Positions 25,311 through 37,675 of a DNA stretch of 64,000 bases are shown here, one piece after another. The notes under the pieces are model-generated. The model was not told the DNA's origin. It saw only the letters and a program-made list of their open reading frames with translations, and did no database searches. Both the position numbers and the translations under genes were made by a program. Source of the DNA: Intoshia linei (Eukaryota; Animalia; Orthonectida). The DNA lies in the NCBI GenBank assembly GCA_001642005.1, contig LWCA01000062.1:1413-65412 (forward strand), written 5' to 3'. Numbering within the stretch: position 1 is the first letter of the stretch; every line of letters begins with the position of its first letter.

Positions 25311-26824
25311 CAGTTGTGGCCAAAAAAAACGCATATAGCTATATGTATATAATTGAATCAATTAATTAAAAAAAAAATTAACTCACTTATTAATTCGCAT
25401 TAGACATTTTCATATACACAATATACTATTTTTAAATTTAACTTGAAATGGTCGATATATCTTAAAATAAAATTGAGGCGGACAAAAAAAACGCATAATT
25501 TACATAAACATTTATTTATTAATAAATATACATACATTATAATTAAAATTAAAAACTTGTATGACTTCCTTTAGCTCGATAGCACTTTCCACCCGTTTTA
25601 ACATAGATTGAACATATTTTCTACACGTTTGATTTGTAATTTGAAGCCATTCCTCTTTTACTATTATTTTTAATTCATTTAGATTCTTCACCCTTCTTTC
25701 ATGGACCTTTTGTTTTAGATGAACCCATAAATTTTCAATATGGTTAAAGTCAGGACTCTGTGCTGGCCATTCCATCACGTCTATTCCCTTTTGCTGGAAA
25801 AATGAGGTTGTTATTTTAGCTTTGTGCTTAGGGTCATTATCTTGTTGGAATATGAAATTCTCCCTTAAGCCTAGTTTGTGTGCCGATAACATTACATTTT
25901 TGTTTAGAATTTGTGTATATTTTTATGCGTCCATTTTCCCTTCAATTATTTGGATTTCACCAACCCCGTAATAACTAAAACAGGCCCAAATCATTAAACT
26001 ACCTCCGTCAAATTTAATTGTTGGGCAAATGTTTTTTAAATAGAAGCGAGATCCTTTTTTTCTGCGAACATACTGCTTGCCATCAGACCCAAAAAAGTTT
26101 ATTTTGTATTCATAAGATCAAATAAAGTGTTTCCAATAGTCCATCCCACTTAACAAGTAATTTTTTGCAAATATAAACCTTGCATCAATATGCCTCTTCC
26201 TTAAATATGGTTTCCTGCAAACTGAATATGCTTAAAGGTCATTAGCGGAACATACTCTTCGTAGTGTTCGAGGTGAAACAATTTTATTACATTGATCTTT
26301 CATGATATTCGACAATTTGGTACACCCCATTTTTGGATTCGACTCCAATTCACTTTTAATTCTAGTCAAATCAGCATTCGAGATAATTTGAGGACGTCCA
26401 CTACCTTTTTTACGATCGAAAGTTTTAATTTTGATATTTTTTAATATTCGTGATATTGTACCTTGATTTTTACCATAAAAGTGTGCCAACCTTTTTTGAT
26501 TCCAACCATCAGAATATCTTGCCAAAATTTGAAATTTTTCCTTTTTTCTTAACTGCTTAGTCATGTGCTTGTAAAATAAATTCATATTTAAATGTAATTT
26601 CATCCTTTAAAATGGCGGGTTAATTGATCTAAATAAAGTATACATTTTTTTTGTCCGCTCTAATTTAATTATCCTATAAATATGTGACTTCAAGACTGAT
26701 TTCAATAAAATAAAATACAAATAAAATGCTGTTACACAATCACAATGTAGGTAGTAAAGTTTTTTTTATTTAATTCTACGAAATATCTCATTTTTAATAT
26801 ATGAATTTTTTTAGGCCACAACTG
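25311..26824 (-). mobile_element. Tc1-like transposon (about 1.5 kb) inserted into a hAT MITE copy
   Basis: TA|cagttgtggcc ... ggccacaactg|TA termini. The flanks rejoin to match the empty MITE at about 11050-11130. Confidence 0.9.
25512..26564 (-). pseudogene. Disrupted Tc1 transposase
   Basis: HTH region with GSGRP, QQDNDPKH and WPAQSPDFNHIENLW motifs; in-frame stops split the ORF. Confidence 0.9.
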
Positions 26825-27620
26825 TATATTACCAAAAAAAAACTATCATAAATTTACAATTGTTTGTATACTAGGCCCTAGTAACTATAAGGTGGTCAAC
26901 TATATTAAAATATGATTTATAACGAAAATGAATCCACTAATATTAAAAGATAACATTTTTTTAATCGCTGTTATAATTTACCGTTTTCTACCGTTTTCTC
27001 AAATTTACACATAATAAATTTCAATTATAACTGAAGAGAAACGTTTCTAGTATATTCAACAAAATAATATCCGGAACGATCTGAAAATTGAGTAATAAAA
27101 TGACTATAATAAGCCAATTATAGTATAAAATGATTAAACCGATATTTTAAAGTTGAAAAATAAATAATTTACATATTTACTCAAATATCACCAAAATTAT
27201 TCTGTAGGCATCTGGTTGCCGACCACTGAGATAAAGAAAATTTCATTGTGTATGCCATTATTAAGAAATTATAAAAAGCAATAGATAATAATTATACTTA
27301 TTACAATTTAATTTAAATAGTTGAATATAAAACCCAATTATAAATGACAAAATTATTATAATAGAATAAAATAAAAAATATTCATCGGAAAAACATCTTA
27401 ATCAATTAATTTAAAAGAATTTGCTAATAAGAAAATTTATAAACCAATCCAGTAATTTGATATCCTCCATACATTAATTAAATTGTATAGTAAAAGTTTA
27501 AATACAAAAGCTGTTACATTTAACATAAAATACAAACGTACAAAAATAAAACTACACGTAATATAGGTACTTTTCTAATTAGAAATAAAATAATGCATAA
27601 TTCGATACTGTATTAATTAC

Positions 27621-28068
27621 CCAATGAGGCAGATATACAATTCCTTCTTTAGAAACAAATTCCAGTACACCGCAATGTGTAACTTTGTAGTTGTCCTCTT
27701 TTTCGTTTGAGATGGAAAACAACATTGGATACTGAATGTTTAATTGTACTATTAAAAAATGTAAAAAAAAAAAAAAAAAATCAACATAATTGTTCCAAAG
27801 CAGAGTTTGGCATAATAACTAAATAAATAATTTAAATATAAAATAATATAATAAATGCTTAACATATAAACAAATTTACTTTTTCCACCACAATTGACTT
27901 CATCAACTTTTTTATAACCATCAAACATTGTTACAGAATAAGCTCGATACTTGTGATGAAATTCGTTGGAAAAGTTATCAAACTGGCGAAACATATTTGC
28001 TGCATTTATCTTAATTTGTTAACAATTGCAATATAAATAATTACCAAAGATCCAAAAATACTGTGCAT
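27621..28068 (-). CDS. UFD1: Ubiquitin fusion degradation protein 1, first four exons; downstream exons not found
   Basis: MHSIFGSL/...FSNEFHHKYRAYSVTMF...VNCGGK/IMPNSALEQL/QLNIQYPMLFSISN...VTHCGVLEFVSKEGIVYLPHW is the UFD1 N-terminal domain. Confidence 0.9.
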
Positions 28069-28396
28069 GAGTCAATTAAACTGATTTAAGCAAGAAAGTG
28101 TCGTTAATCGTATAACTATAGAATTCTCGTTGTGATAGTAGCAGTGAAATTATATAATGTTGAAATTAATTAGTTGAATTAATTAGGTTGTAGTACACAT
28201 TTGAAATTTGTAAATTAAAGCTACCCAAATAAATACAGACAAGTAAGCCCAACTTTATTGATTATCTAAATTAAGTTTTAAAAATTGTTATCCTTAACAC
28301 AAAAATTGAGGCAAATTATTTTCTAACAGTATAAGTTGCAAATAATGTTCATTTTGGAGTAATCGATAAATTAATTCCGATTCTTTAGTTTTATAG

Positions 28397-31300
28397 ATGG
28401 AACATGTGAAAACAAGTAAAAATCCCGTGTGGGGTGAACACGAGGTACGATTGCAAATAATTATAGATTAAATTTTAATCATGTAACAAGGTTATTGAAA
28501 ATGAAAATATAGAGGATATTGCTGAAAAGTATAGCATGTTACCCAGTGAGCTGAGAAAGATTAATAAACTGTCACGAAGCCTTGTATATACTGGCCAGGT
28601 TGATTTGCTATTTAAATCAATAATTTTTATTTTTAGAAATTAAGAGTTAATTGTTCTCAAAATATTGAACCGAACCAAGATAATAAAAACTACAATTTGG
28701 TTGTTATATAATTATATTTCATATTTATATATTGGTAATTTAGAAAAATGTTGATATTGAAGAAAAACTCAAAATGACTCATTTGGCTGAGAAATGTTCA
28801 ATACATTATTATTCCAAGAGATTTACAAACAAAAACGTATTTTACATTTTTTATTGGAAAAAATTTAATTAAATTATAGGGTGTCGTCAGTGGTAAAATG
28901 TATATTAGCCCAAATACGTTTACATTTTATCCTAACCGTACGGACCCATTAGTGATCGAAAATTTCCAAGAAAAGTATAGTTTAAAAGTACCTCTAAAAG
29001 ACATTATGTTTGTTAATTTATACCCTGAAATTGAAGAAATTAGTGAAACTGCTCGCCATTGGTTTTTTTATTTCATTTTTACTTGAATTTTATTTAGCGA
29101 CGAGTGCAGTGTTTCAAATTTAAAACGGTTTAGTAGTAGTCCTACGCCGAATACTACTGGCAAATTTCGATATCAGTCTCGAAATAAACAAATTTATAAC
29201 AGTAAAAATAGCCCATTTCCCTGTACTGGTACCAGTAAAAGCACTCAAAAATTCTTTTCAAAGACGTTTGATGTTATGGGAAAAGTTAGTTCGTCAGGTT
29301 CAGAGACTATTAATTATATTTCAACGTTTAATCCGTTTTCCAATAAAGTAAAAGATGGGTCTTTGAAATCTACTGTTAAAAATGGCAGCAAAAATTACAA
29401 TTATTCTTATTTAACTTTTGATTCCAATGAAAATGTTAAAACAATGCTAAATAAACCGATCCATCAACATTTGAAATACAATATTGAAGAAACTCCAGAA
29501 AAAATAAATTTTATTCGCATTCGCACAATCACAGAAATGCCTGATGAACGGTATTTTATCTTTACTTATATAATATGCACTGATATATTTGTTTGTGTGT
29601 GTGTTCCACTTTATTTCAATAACTACCAGTCTTAGAATTTTATAGTTCACATTTCAATTACAGCTTTTCTAAGGGTGATAATAAGATAAATTTCAACCTC
29701 CCAAACTCACATCTTACGGGTCAAAACCCTGTTGTCTCTCTTTTTGAAGAGCAAACGAGTTGGAGAATTTAAAAAAATATATCAATTGTCCTTCTTTTTG
29801 AAATCAAACGAGTTGGAGAATTTAAAAAAAGTATAGTTTTTTTCGGGACATATAATAAGATAAATTTCAACCTCCCAATTTCACATCTTACGGGTCAAAA
29901 ACCCCAGTTGTCCTCTTTTTGAAAATCAAACGAGTTGGAGAATTTAAAAAGATATATAAGCTGATGCGGACTTTAAAATCATGAATTTAAATAAAAAAAA
30001 ATTATATCTTTAGGGCCAAAACTACAAATTACTTTTTTTTTTATAAAAACAGCACTAGAATTTTAAAAAATTTATAGGTGATACAGTTGTATCCTCTTAA
30101 CACACACAAAAAATTTCAATCCGAATAAGAGACGACTTCACAGTCAAAAAAGCATTTTAGTATTACTTAGTATTAGTATATTCAGGGTTCAAATATTGTT
30201 TGTATAGAGAGGCAAACACCATGGTAGAGGTCCAAAAATATGGGTTCTTAACTATTTTCCACTTGGCAACCCTTAATTCAATAAAATTCGATGTGGCACC
30301 CCAAAAATGTAAACTTAAATTCGAAAAAAGTAACGCTGTAATGTAACCTAAATTAATTTTGACTTATAATACACAGTTTCATTCATTTTGCACGCTGTTA
30401 TTTATTAGATAAAGATTTAAACAAATTACATTGCATTTATTGAATGTGTTATCGATTTTAATAACGAGTATTATTAAAATAAAATATTAATTCTAATTTT
30501 GGCGATCGACTACAAAATCGACAGGTTGGGCATCCTTGATTTCCCGGTTCTCGACTTTTGTCATTTCCCGGGAAATCACAATCACTACCTAGAAGCCACA
30601 TATGGTCATTCAATCCTACGCTAAGGTTAGCTAGCCAATTTTAATGTTTTCAATTTCGACTATCCATTTCATGTAAATTCAATTGTAATGTGAAAATTTA
30701 GTTGTCTCGAGGCTTTCAACTATCATGAACATTTCCGAGAATATTGGTTCGCAATAAACGAACTAAGGTACTGCAAAAACAATAAATAATAATCAAAACA
30801 TTGATAATTAGATCTGGTGAAATAATATGCAAACTAAACACATTTTTAAACAAAGACGTTGCTGAAAACGTTACTTCGATAATGAATAAGAATCTGGATT
30901 TTGATCAGTACAACATAATTGAAAATCAGAGCGATAGTAAGTTTTAGTTATAGCAATATTATTTGTTTAGGTAAATCTTTATTTCATTTTTGCGATTGCC
31001 CTATCAACATGAAAGAGAAGAATCTTTTTGGTGTATACGAAATACCTGAAACGGCGGAAGAAAAAAATGTTGATATTGATAAGCATAAATGTAATACAAT
31101 TTAGTCGATACTACCAATTACAATTACATCTGATTCTCAAGTGACGAACATTTCGCTAGAACCCGATATCAATTTTTATGAATATGGGGACGAATCGAGT
31201 ATACTCGATGAAGCTGAGTTTAGTCAAGTTTTATAGATTCTATTACAAATGTATTTTTTTTAGGTTTCCAATTATTACCCACGTCGTACTATTGGGAGTA

Positions 31301-32461
31301 TGCTGAAAATGGTTTATACCTCTGAAAAATTAGGGTTTTGTATGAATACGCTGTATAACCGAGCGAAATCTGACGAGAATCAACACCCAATGTTATTGTT
31401 AATTCAAGATAACTATAAAAATGTTTTTAAATTTCAAAACTTAAACTTTATGTATGCTTTAGAAATTTGGGGCATTCTTATCAAAACCTCTTGTCGTTAA
31501 TTCACAATTTTATGGATCTTGCGAAAACTGGCTTTTCACGTTTTATCCAGAGTTTAATGTTTATGGAGTCAGTGGAATTAACAATTATTATGTCAAAAGT
31601 GACTTTAATAGCATAGCCATTGGATCTTCGTGGTATTTAAATATTTTAATCGTGTATGAGCAGGGTTGCCAACTGCATTATTTTCCCCCTGAGAATTCGG
31701 GTTTTCAAATTCAACTCAGCGCTCAGGGTTAAGTGATATTTCTCAGGGTAATTTAATTATTTCAATAAAAATCATCAGATCAGACATATTTCATTTATAT
31801 TCTATAATTTTTTTCTCTATGATGAAGGACTCTTAGTGTTAGCAGTTATTCCATTACTTAGTGACACCCATATTTTGGATTTTTTCTCTAAAGTATTCAT
31901 TAAGTCATTTTGAAATGTGCTATTTGCTATTTTTTATGAAAAATTTAAAGTATTCATTTTAAAAGTTTTAATAAAAATTGTGTGTAAACTGTTATTATTT
32001 TTTGAAAAAGAGACACCCCATAGTAAAAGAGGGTCCCAAAATTTTTTTTCTTATGGCGAAATTGCACAACACGCTGCGATTCCCTATATGGCACTTCGAT
32101 CAAAAATTCAGGTTGAGAATAACTTAATGTTGGTAACCCTGTGTATGAGGTGGTCAAATTATGACTCTTGAGAAATTTTCAAAAAATTATATACAAAATC
32201 TACCACAATTTAAAAAAAATTTTTACTTTGGAATACCGAATAACTTATTTGTCAGTTTTAGAGTTATTTAAAATTAACATTTACGTTAAAAAATATTCGG
32301 CTTTATCGTGTAATATACAATTTAGTGGACATCATGGTCTATGGTTGAACCGAGAACTATATAGAGGTCGATCGCAGCCATGTACTACATTTAACAATAC
32401 TTGTTTAACAGAAGACGAAGATTTTACAGTATCTACTTTGGAATTGTGGATATTTTCTTAA
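28397..32461 (+). CDS. OXR1: OXR1/NCOA7 (mustard) family LysM-GRAM-TLDc protein
   Basis: LysM (IEDIAEKYSMLPSELRKINKL...VYTGQKLRV), GVVSGKMYISPNTFTFYPNRTDPLVIEN, and TLDc (VYTSEKLGFCMNTLY...KFGAFLS...FYGSCENWLF...GLWLNRELYRGRSQPCTTFNNTCLT...LELWIFS*). Confidence 0.9.
29559..30160 (+). mobile_element. Helitron-like 5' fragment in an OXR1 intron (similar fragments at about 35520-35803, 39190-40340 and 51230-51950)
   Basis: Family 5' end atctttacttatataatatgc...gtgtgtgtgttccac and the repeated aatttcacatcttacgggtcaaaa block. Confidence 0.6.
31661..32141. mobile_element. hAT-type MITE in the last OXR1 intron
   Basis: TIRs cagggttgccaac / gttggtaaccctg and perfect 8-bp TSD TGTATGAG. Confidence 0.85.
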
Positions 32462-32503
32462 AAATAAATTATAATGTACATAAATAATTGTGAATAAATT
32501 AAA

Positions 32504-33346
32504 TTAATATCCCTTGTAATGATTGAAATATCCAGGTTCCACTCGTGTGGTTTTAATAGATTTATATTTTCTGCTGTACTTGATGCTTTTAACAATAGAA
32601 TTGGAACCAGGGAATGCAGTTATTCCTCCATAAAATTCGTCAGTTTCTGGGTCGAAACGGACAGGATCAATTTCTATAGACAAATTTTTTGGTAAAGTCG
32701 TACTAGCCAGTTGTTTTAATTTATCGCTTTGTACAGTTGGTTCTAAAAAGTAGTTTATAACCCTTTGTGTGGTATCCATCAATATCAAATCATTATTTCT
32801 AATATCTTTATTAAAAGCCATCATCATTTTATTTAAAATCTAAAAAACTATTAATACTTTAATAAAGGCGTTCCAAAACTGGACCACGGGACCGGCTCAT
32901 TTTTTATTTCATCAGTCTATTTTTATAAATATTTCAAAATGTTTAAACAGTAGATTACAAATTTGCGTTTTAATATTAAATTTATTCTGAAACTGGTGGT
33001 CTGCATTAGGGAACTATTCTTTAATATATTACGGAACCTTGAATTTAATTTTTAAATCCTTGAAAACATAATCTTTGTAATTATTTTCATCACAGTCTGT
33101 TAAATTGATAATAATTTCTTTGCATTTATCCGACACATTAGAGGGTGGATCATAAAGCTGGGTTTGATCAATTGACCTGGTAATTTCGGATTCATTAATA
33201 TTTTCAATCAAAGTTTCTTTAGTTTCAATTTTTTTCACCATTTCTGGTTTTTTAGTTTTCCATACAAAGTTTCGTATAAAATTTGCATTCTATGTAGTTT
33301 TAATAAAAATATAAACCCATATTACCAATTTTTTCATATTCAGCAT
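32504..33346 (-). CDS. MRPL50: Mitochondrial ribosomal protein mL50
   Basis: YDPPSNV...DLKIKFK/ILNKMMMAFNKDIRNNDL...VINYF...LPKNLSIEIDPVRFDPETDEFYGGITAFPGSNSIVKSIKYSRKYK resembles invertebrate mRpL50 as recalled. Confidence 0.8.
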
Positions 33347-33432
33347 TTCAATAAAAGTACGTTTATTTTAAATTAAATATATTGAATTTGTACATTACAA
33401 TTATTTTTAAAATATAAAATTGCGTAAACCAA

Positions 33433-36261
33433 ATGAGTAGTGTTTATGTGACTGAACCAGCCACAAATGGTAAAATATTGATGGTGACGACCGCTGGAGA
33501 TATTGACATCGAACTATGGCCAAAAGAAGCTCCAATGGCCTGTAGAAATTTCATTCAACTTGGTTTGGAAGGATACTACGATAACACTATATTTCATCGT
33601 GTTGAAAAAAATTTTATTGTTCAAGGTGGTGATCCTAGTGGTTCAGGGTTTGGTGGAGAGTCGATTTATGGCAAACCTTTTAAAGTACTTATTAACAAGT
33701 ATATTTAATACGTTTAATTAAATTAAGGACGAATTTCATTCACGATTGAAATTTTCACGGAGAGGTATGCTTGGAATGGCAAATTCAGGCAAACATGATA
33801 ATAATAGTCAATTTTTTTTTACCTTGAATGCTGCCAACGGATTAAACAACAAAAATACTTTATTTGGAAAGGTTTAATTTTCATTATAATTTAAATTAAA
33901 ATGTAGATAACAGGAAATACAATTTTTAATATGCTTCGAATTCCTGAAAATGTAGAATATGTAAAGAATGGTAATAATCGACCCGTAGATCCACACCATA
34001 TTATAAAAATTAAAGTAATTTTTAAAAAATAAAAAAATAAAACATTATTATAGATTTTAAAAAACCCTTTTGACGATATAGTTATTCGGAATAAAAAGAA
34101 CACGGATATCCAAGTTATTCCATCTAAACCGGTTAAAAGGTTTGACGTTTAGATTTAAATTTTATATTTTTCATTAGAAATAAAAATTTATTATCATTTG
34201 CTGTTGAAGAGGAAGAAATTAAAGATAGTGTTTTTTACGTAAGGCAATATACAATTTTGTTTAATTTAGGAAACAAAAGGTTGCATTAGTAGTCACGATA
34301 TTCTTAGTGATGCCCATTTGAGTAAAGAAGCTGTTCAAGTTGGCATTCCTGCAAATTTCAAAGTTTTCTTTTTATTTATAAATTCAGTTTAATGTTAGAA
34401 ATCCAATTATTCAAAAGTAGAAAAAATTGATGAAGACTCGCCGCACATGTTGAAACTCAGAAAGAAAAGGTTTTCAATTAAATTTTTTTTTAATTGTATT
34501 TTATTAGACATGCTGATATTAGAGAAATTCAACGCGAATTATTGGCTAAAAAAGCTTTAACTCAGGAACAAGAAAAAGGAGAACATGGTAAGCGGTAGAG
34601 GCATTATAGTTTAGAAATAATGATCAGTTCCCAACCTACCGTACCCGATAGCACTTAACGGGACTCGATATCATTTTTGTAACAAAGGGCATTATTTTTT
34701 TCCAAATTGAACATTAAAAAAATATTTTTGAATGTCTTAACTAATTTGTGTATTAAATTTAAAATGAAAATAATAAATGAAGAGTCTTGGATTGTTATTG
34801 TTGTGATTAGGGCTATATGACATTACGCATCGTTTGCAAAAAAAAATTGGATCGTATTTTTCATTTTCTGGATTCGTCAAGCTTGCTAAGTTCGGCTTTA
34901 CTAATGATAATCATTAAAAAATATTATATTTAATTGGAGGGCAATTCTACTACAATGTAATAGTATTGGCCAGCATAGTTTCGGCCCTGTGTGTCATATA
35001 ATTTATAATTACATTTATTTATTTATACAGAACACATGGTTAATAATTTGGCTTTATTGGAATCCAAGGAAAAATTTAGATATAAATTCAAAAGTACCCA
35101 AATCAGAAAACAATCTGCTAGCGAAAGAGAAAAAAATAATTTACATATGCTAGAGCAATTTGAATCGTTGATAAAAATGAACTCAGCTTTAAGTAGCTAT
35201 GCCGCAACTAAAGATAGTGATGATGAAGACGCAGGAAACACAAAAGGAGATGATATGAGTTGGTACGTTAAATTTAGTAAATACGGTTGCCAAGTAGAGT
35301 TCTGCAACACAATCCGAACAAGAACTTAGGATCGTTTTGGATCGTGTTTTAAGTTATTAACTAACTAATCTTTAACTTAATTTAATTAATTTTTGTTCAA
35401 TTAAATTTTAATCGTGTTTCGGACAAAAAGTTTTTGTTTCGTAGATACATATCATCTCATTTCGATCCAATGAAGAACTCTACTGTCAAGGCGTAGTATA
35501 TCCTTTAGGTTCTTAATTTTGAAATTTTAAAAACAATTGTTATTCCATTTTTTTAATTTTCGGACTGTTAATCATTTCACACTTTTTGTTTTGATAAAAT
35601 ATTTCGGAAAAAAATATATGAATACTAAAATGCTTTTTTGACCGTGAAGTCGTCCACTTATTCAGATTTAAATTTATCTTATTATGTGTCCCGGAAAAAA
35701 CTGTAATTGAAATGTGGACTTTATAAAATTCTAAGACTGGTAGTTATTGAAATAAACGGTAACACACACACAAATATTGCGTTGCATATTATATAAGTAA
35801 GGATGTAATGTAAGTAAATCAGGGGTGGACAATCAGTTGCCCACAGAATAATTTTGGTGGCCCTTTCAGTTAATATGTAATTTATTTTTCAACTTTCAAA
35901 CATTTTCTACTATAATTGGCTCATTAAAATCATTTTAATACTGAATTTCCAGATCGCCCTGGATTTTATTTTGTTGGATATACTGAATGTTGTTTCTCTT
36001 CAGTTAAAATTGAAATATAGCATCTGTAATTTTTTGTGTATAAAAAAGTGGCCCACTAGATTCAAAAGGTCCCGACCCTTGAAGTAAAGAATGTAAATAT
36101 TTAATTGAAATTTGTTTAGGTTGAAGCATCAGTTAATCTACTTAGAACCAGAAGACAAAGGTTTAAATGCCAATGTATACGAAATAGACAGATATCATCT
36201 TTCCGATCCCAAGCACCCCACAAATCGTCATAGGCGTGGTGATTTCGACAAAAATGTATAA
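33433..36261 (+). CDS. CWC27: Spliceosome-associated cyclophilin CWC27
   Basis: MSSVYVTEPATNGKILMVTTAGDIDIELWPKEAPMACRNFIQL...EGYYDNTIFHRV...DEFHSRLKFSRRG...NTLFGKITGNTIFNML, with C-terminal WLKHQL...DPKHPTNRHRR*. Confidence 0.95.
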
Positions 36262-36521
36262 CATTAGTATAAATAAATATTGTATCATATTTTTCTACAC
36301 ATGAGTTACAAATTTCAAAACTTACAACTTTAATGGTTTTGCCCGGGGTTTTTTTTAAATTGCAACCTGATTGGATGCAAATTGAATTGTATTTAAATTT
36401 CTCGTTGGATGATAGGGTTTTTATACAAAATTTTATAGACAGACAGTATATACATTTCTAATATACATGCAAGTATAAATAAACACTATTATAACAAGGA
36501 AATTTATTTACAAATGATATT

Positions 36522-37171
36522 TTAAAAAAAATTATTGAATGATTTTAATTGTATTGGAGAATTTAAATTCATATCTTCAACTTGAATATTTTTTGGGTTT
36601 GCATAAACAAAAAGAGAATTTGACTTGTGAGCATGAAGTGCAAAAATGTTTTTTGAAATATTTGTAACATAAACTTTTCCAAAACCAATACGTTTTTCCA
36701 AAGCTATACAAGCACTTAACAATTTTTGGTCATTAAGGTGGATAGGAGATTCATGTTCAAATGTAGTGATTAAAGAACCGTTTACCTTTAAAACTCTTAA
36801 AATTTCAAATAACGTAGAAGAGTGTAAATTGAGAATCCCAGAAAAATTTGAAACGAGAACATGATCGTATATATTTGATGCAATAGAGAAATGGGCAGGA
36901 CTGGTGTGAATGAAAAGTTCATTTTTGTCAAGTTTCGTATTACAGTTTAGCCATTTCAAAGTGTGTTTTTTGTTTAACAATCCCTCCAATTCTCGTAATG
37001 AAAAATCAATTATAGTGAGTTTCGACTCGTTATCTACAATTTATGAAAAAAATAAAATTTAAAAAAAAACATACTTTGAGATGCGCGAATATATTGTTGC
37101 AAAATATCCCAATTGGTTAGGGTTCGGATTTTCATGATTGAAGTTCCAGTACAAAATTTTAGAGCTGCCAT
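36522..37171 (-). CDS. Anamorsin/CIAPIN1-like N-terminal methyltransferase-like domain protein; 3' end uncertain
   Basis: A 2-exon model (ATG 37171) joins the 155-aa ORF. YDHVLVSNFSGILNLHSSTLFEILRVLKVNGSL resembles anamorsin (D-I-I-L-S...LHS...EI.R.L.P.G.L). Canonical Fe-S cysteine motifs are not seen. Confidence 0.5.
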
Positions 37172-37675
37172 TTCACATTTTTTATTTTTTTCAATGTAGA
37201 ATGTCTACAGTACTTTAATTAATGTGTAGTAATTAAACTTGTCGTCTTATCAACTTTAGGGAGACCTAGCCTTATCATTAAAAATATACAATGTCGAAAT
37301 TTGTAACAATTATCTTGGATAAGTTTCAAATGTTTATTGCTATGATTATACCTCTCTCACACTCAATACATGAAATACTCAATCTCAAAATCTGAAATCA
37401 CCGCAGATCAGAAAATTGAGTCTAAACACCCATAACATTTACAAATACAAATGTAGTCTTCAGTTAAATCTTGTTATTTTGAATTATGTCACTGTTCCAA
37501 AGCGGAAATGAAGGCCAATTTTTTAAATTCATTAAAAATTGAATTGATTGAATTGAATTGATTAAATTAAAAAGTTACATAATAACCTTTTTAGATTTTT
37601 GCAGATTCATAAATCTCCATTTCTTCCAAATTTGCTTCAACATTAAATTTTAATAAAGTTTATGGTTATTCTTAA

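Noticed and set aside
37350-37400. atgatta...ctga segment resembling a C/D snoRNA
   Set aside because: Box C is imperfect, there is no terminal stem, and there is no convincing rRNA complement.
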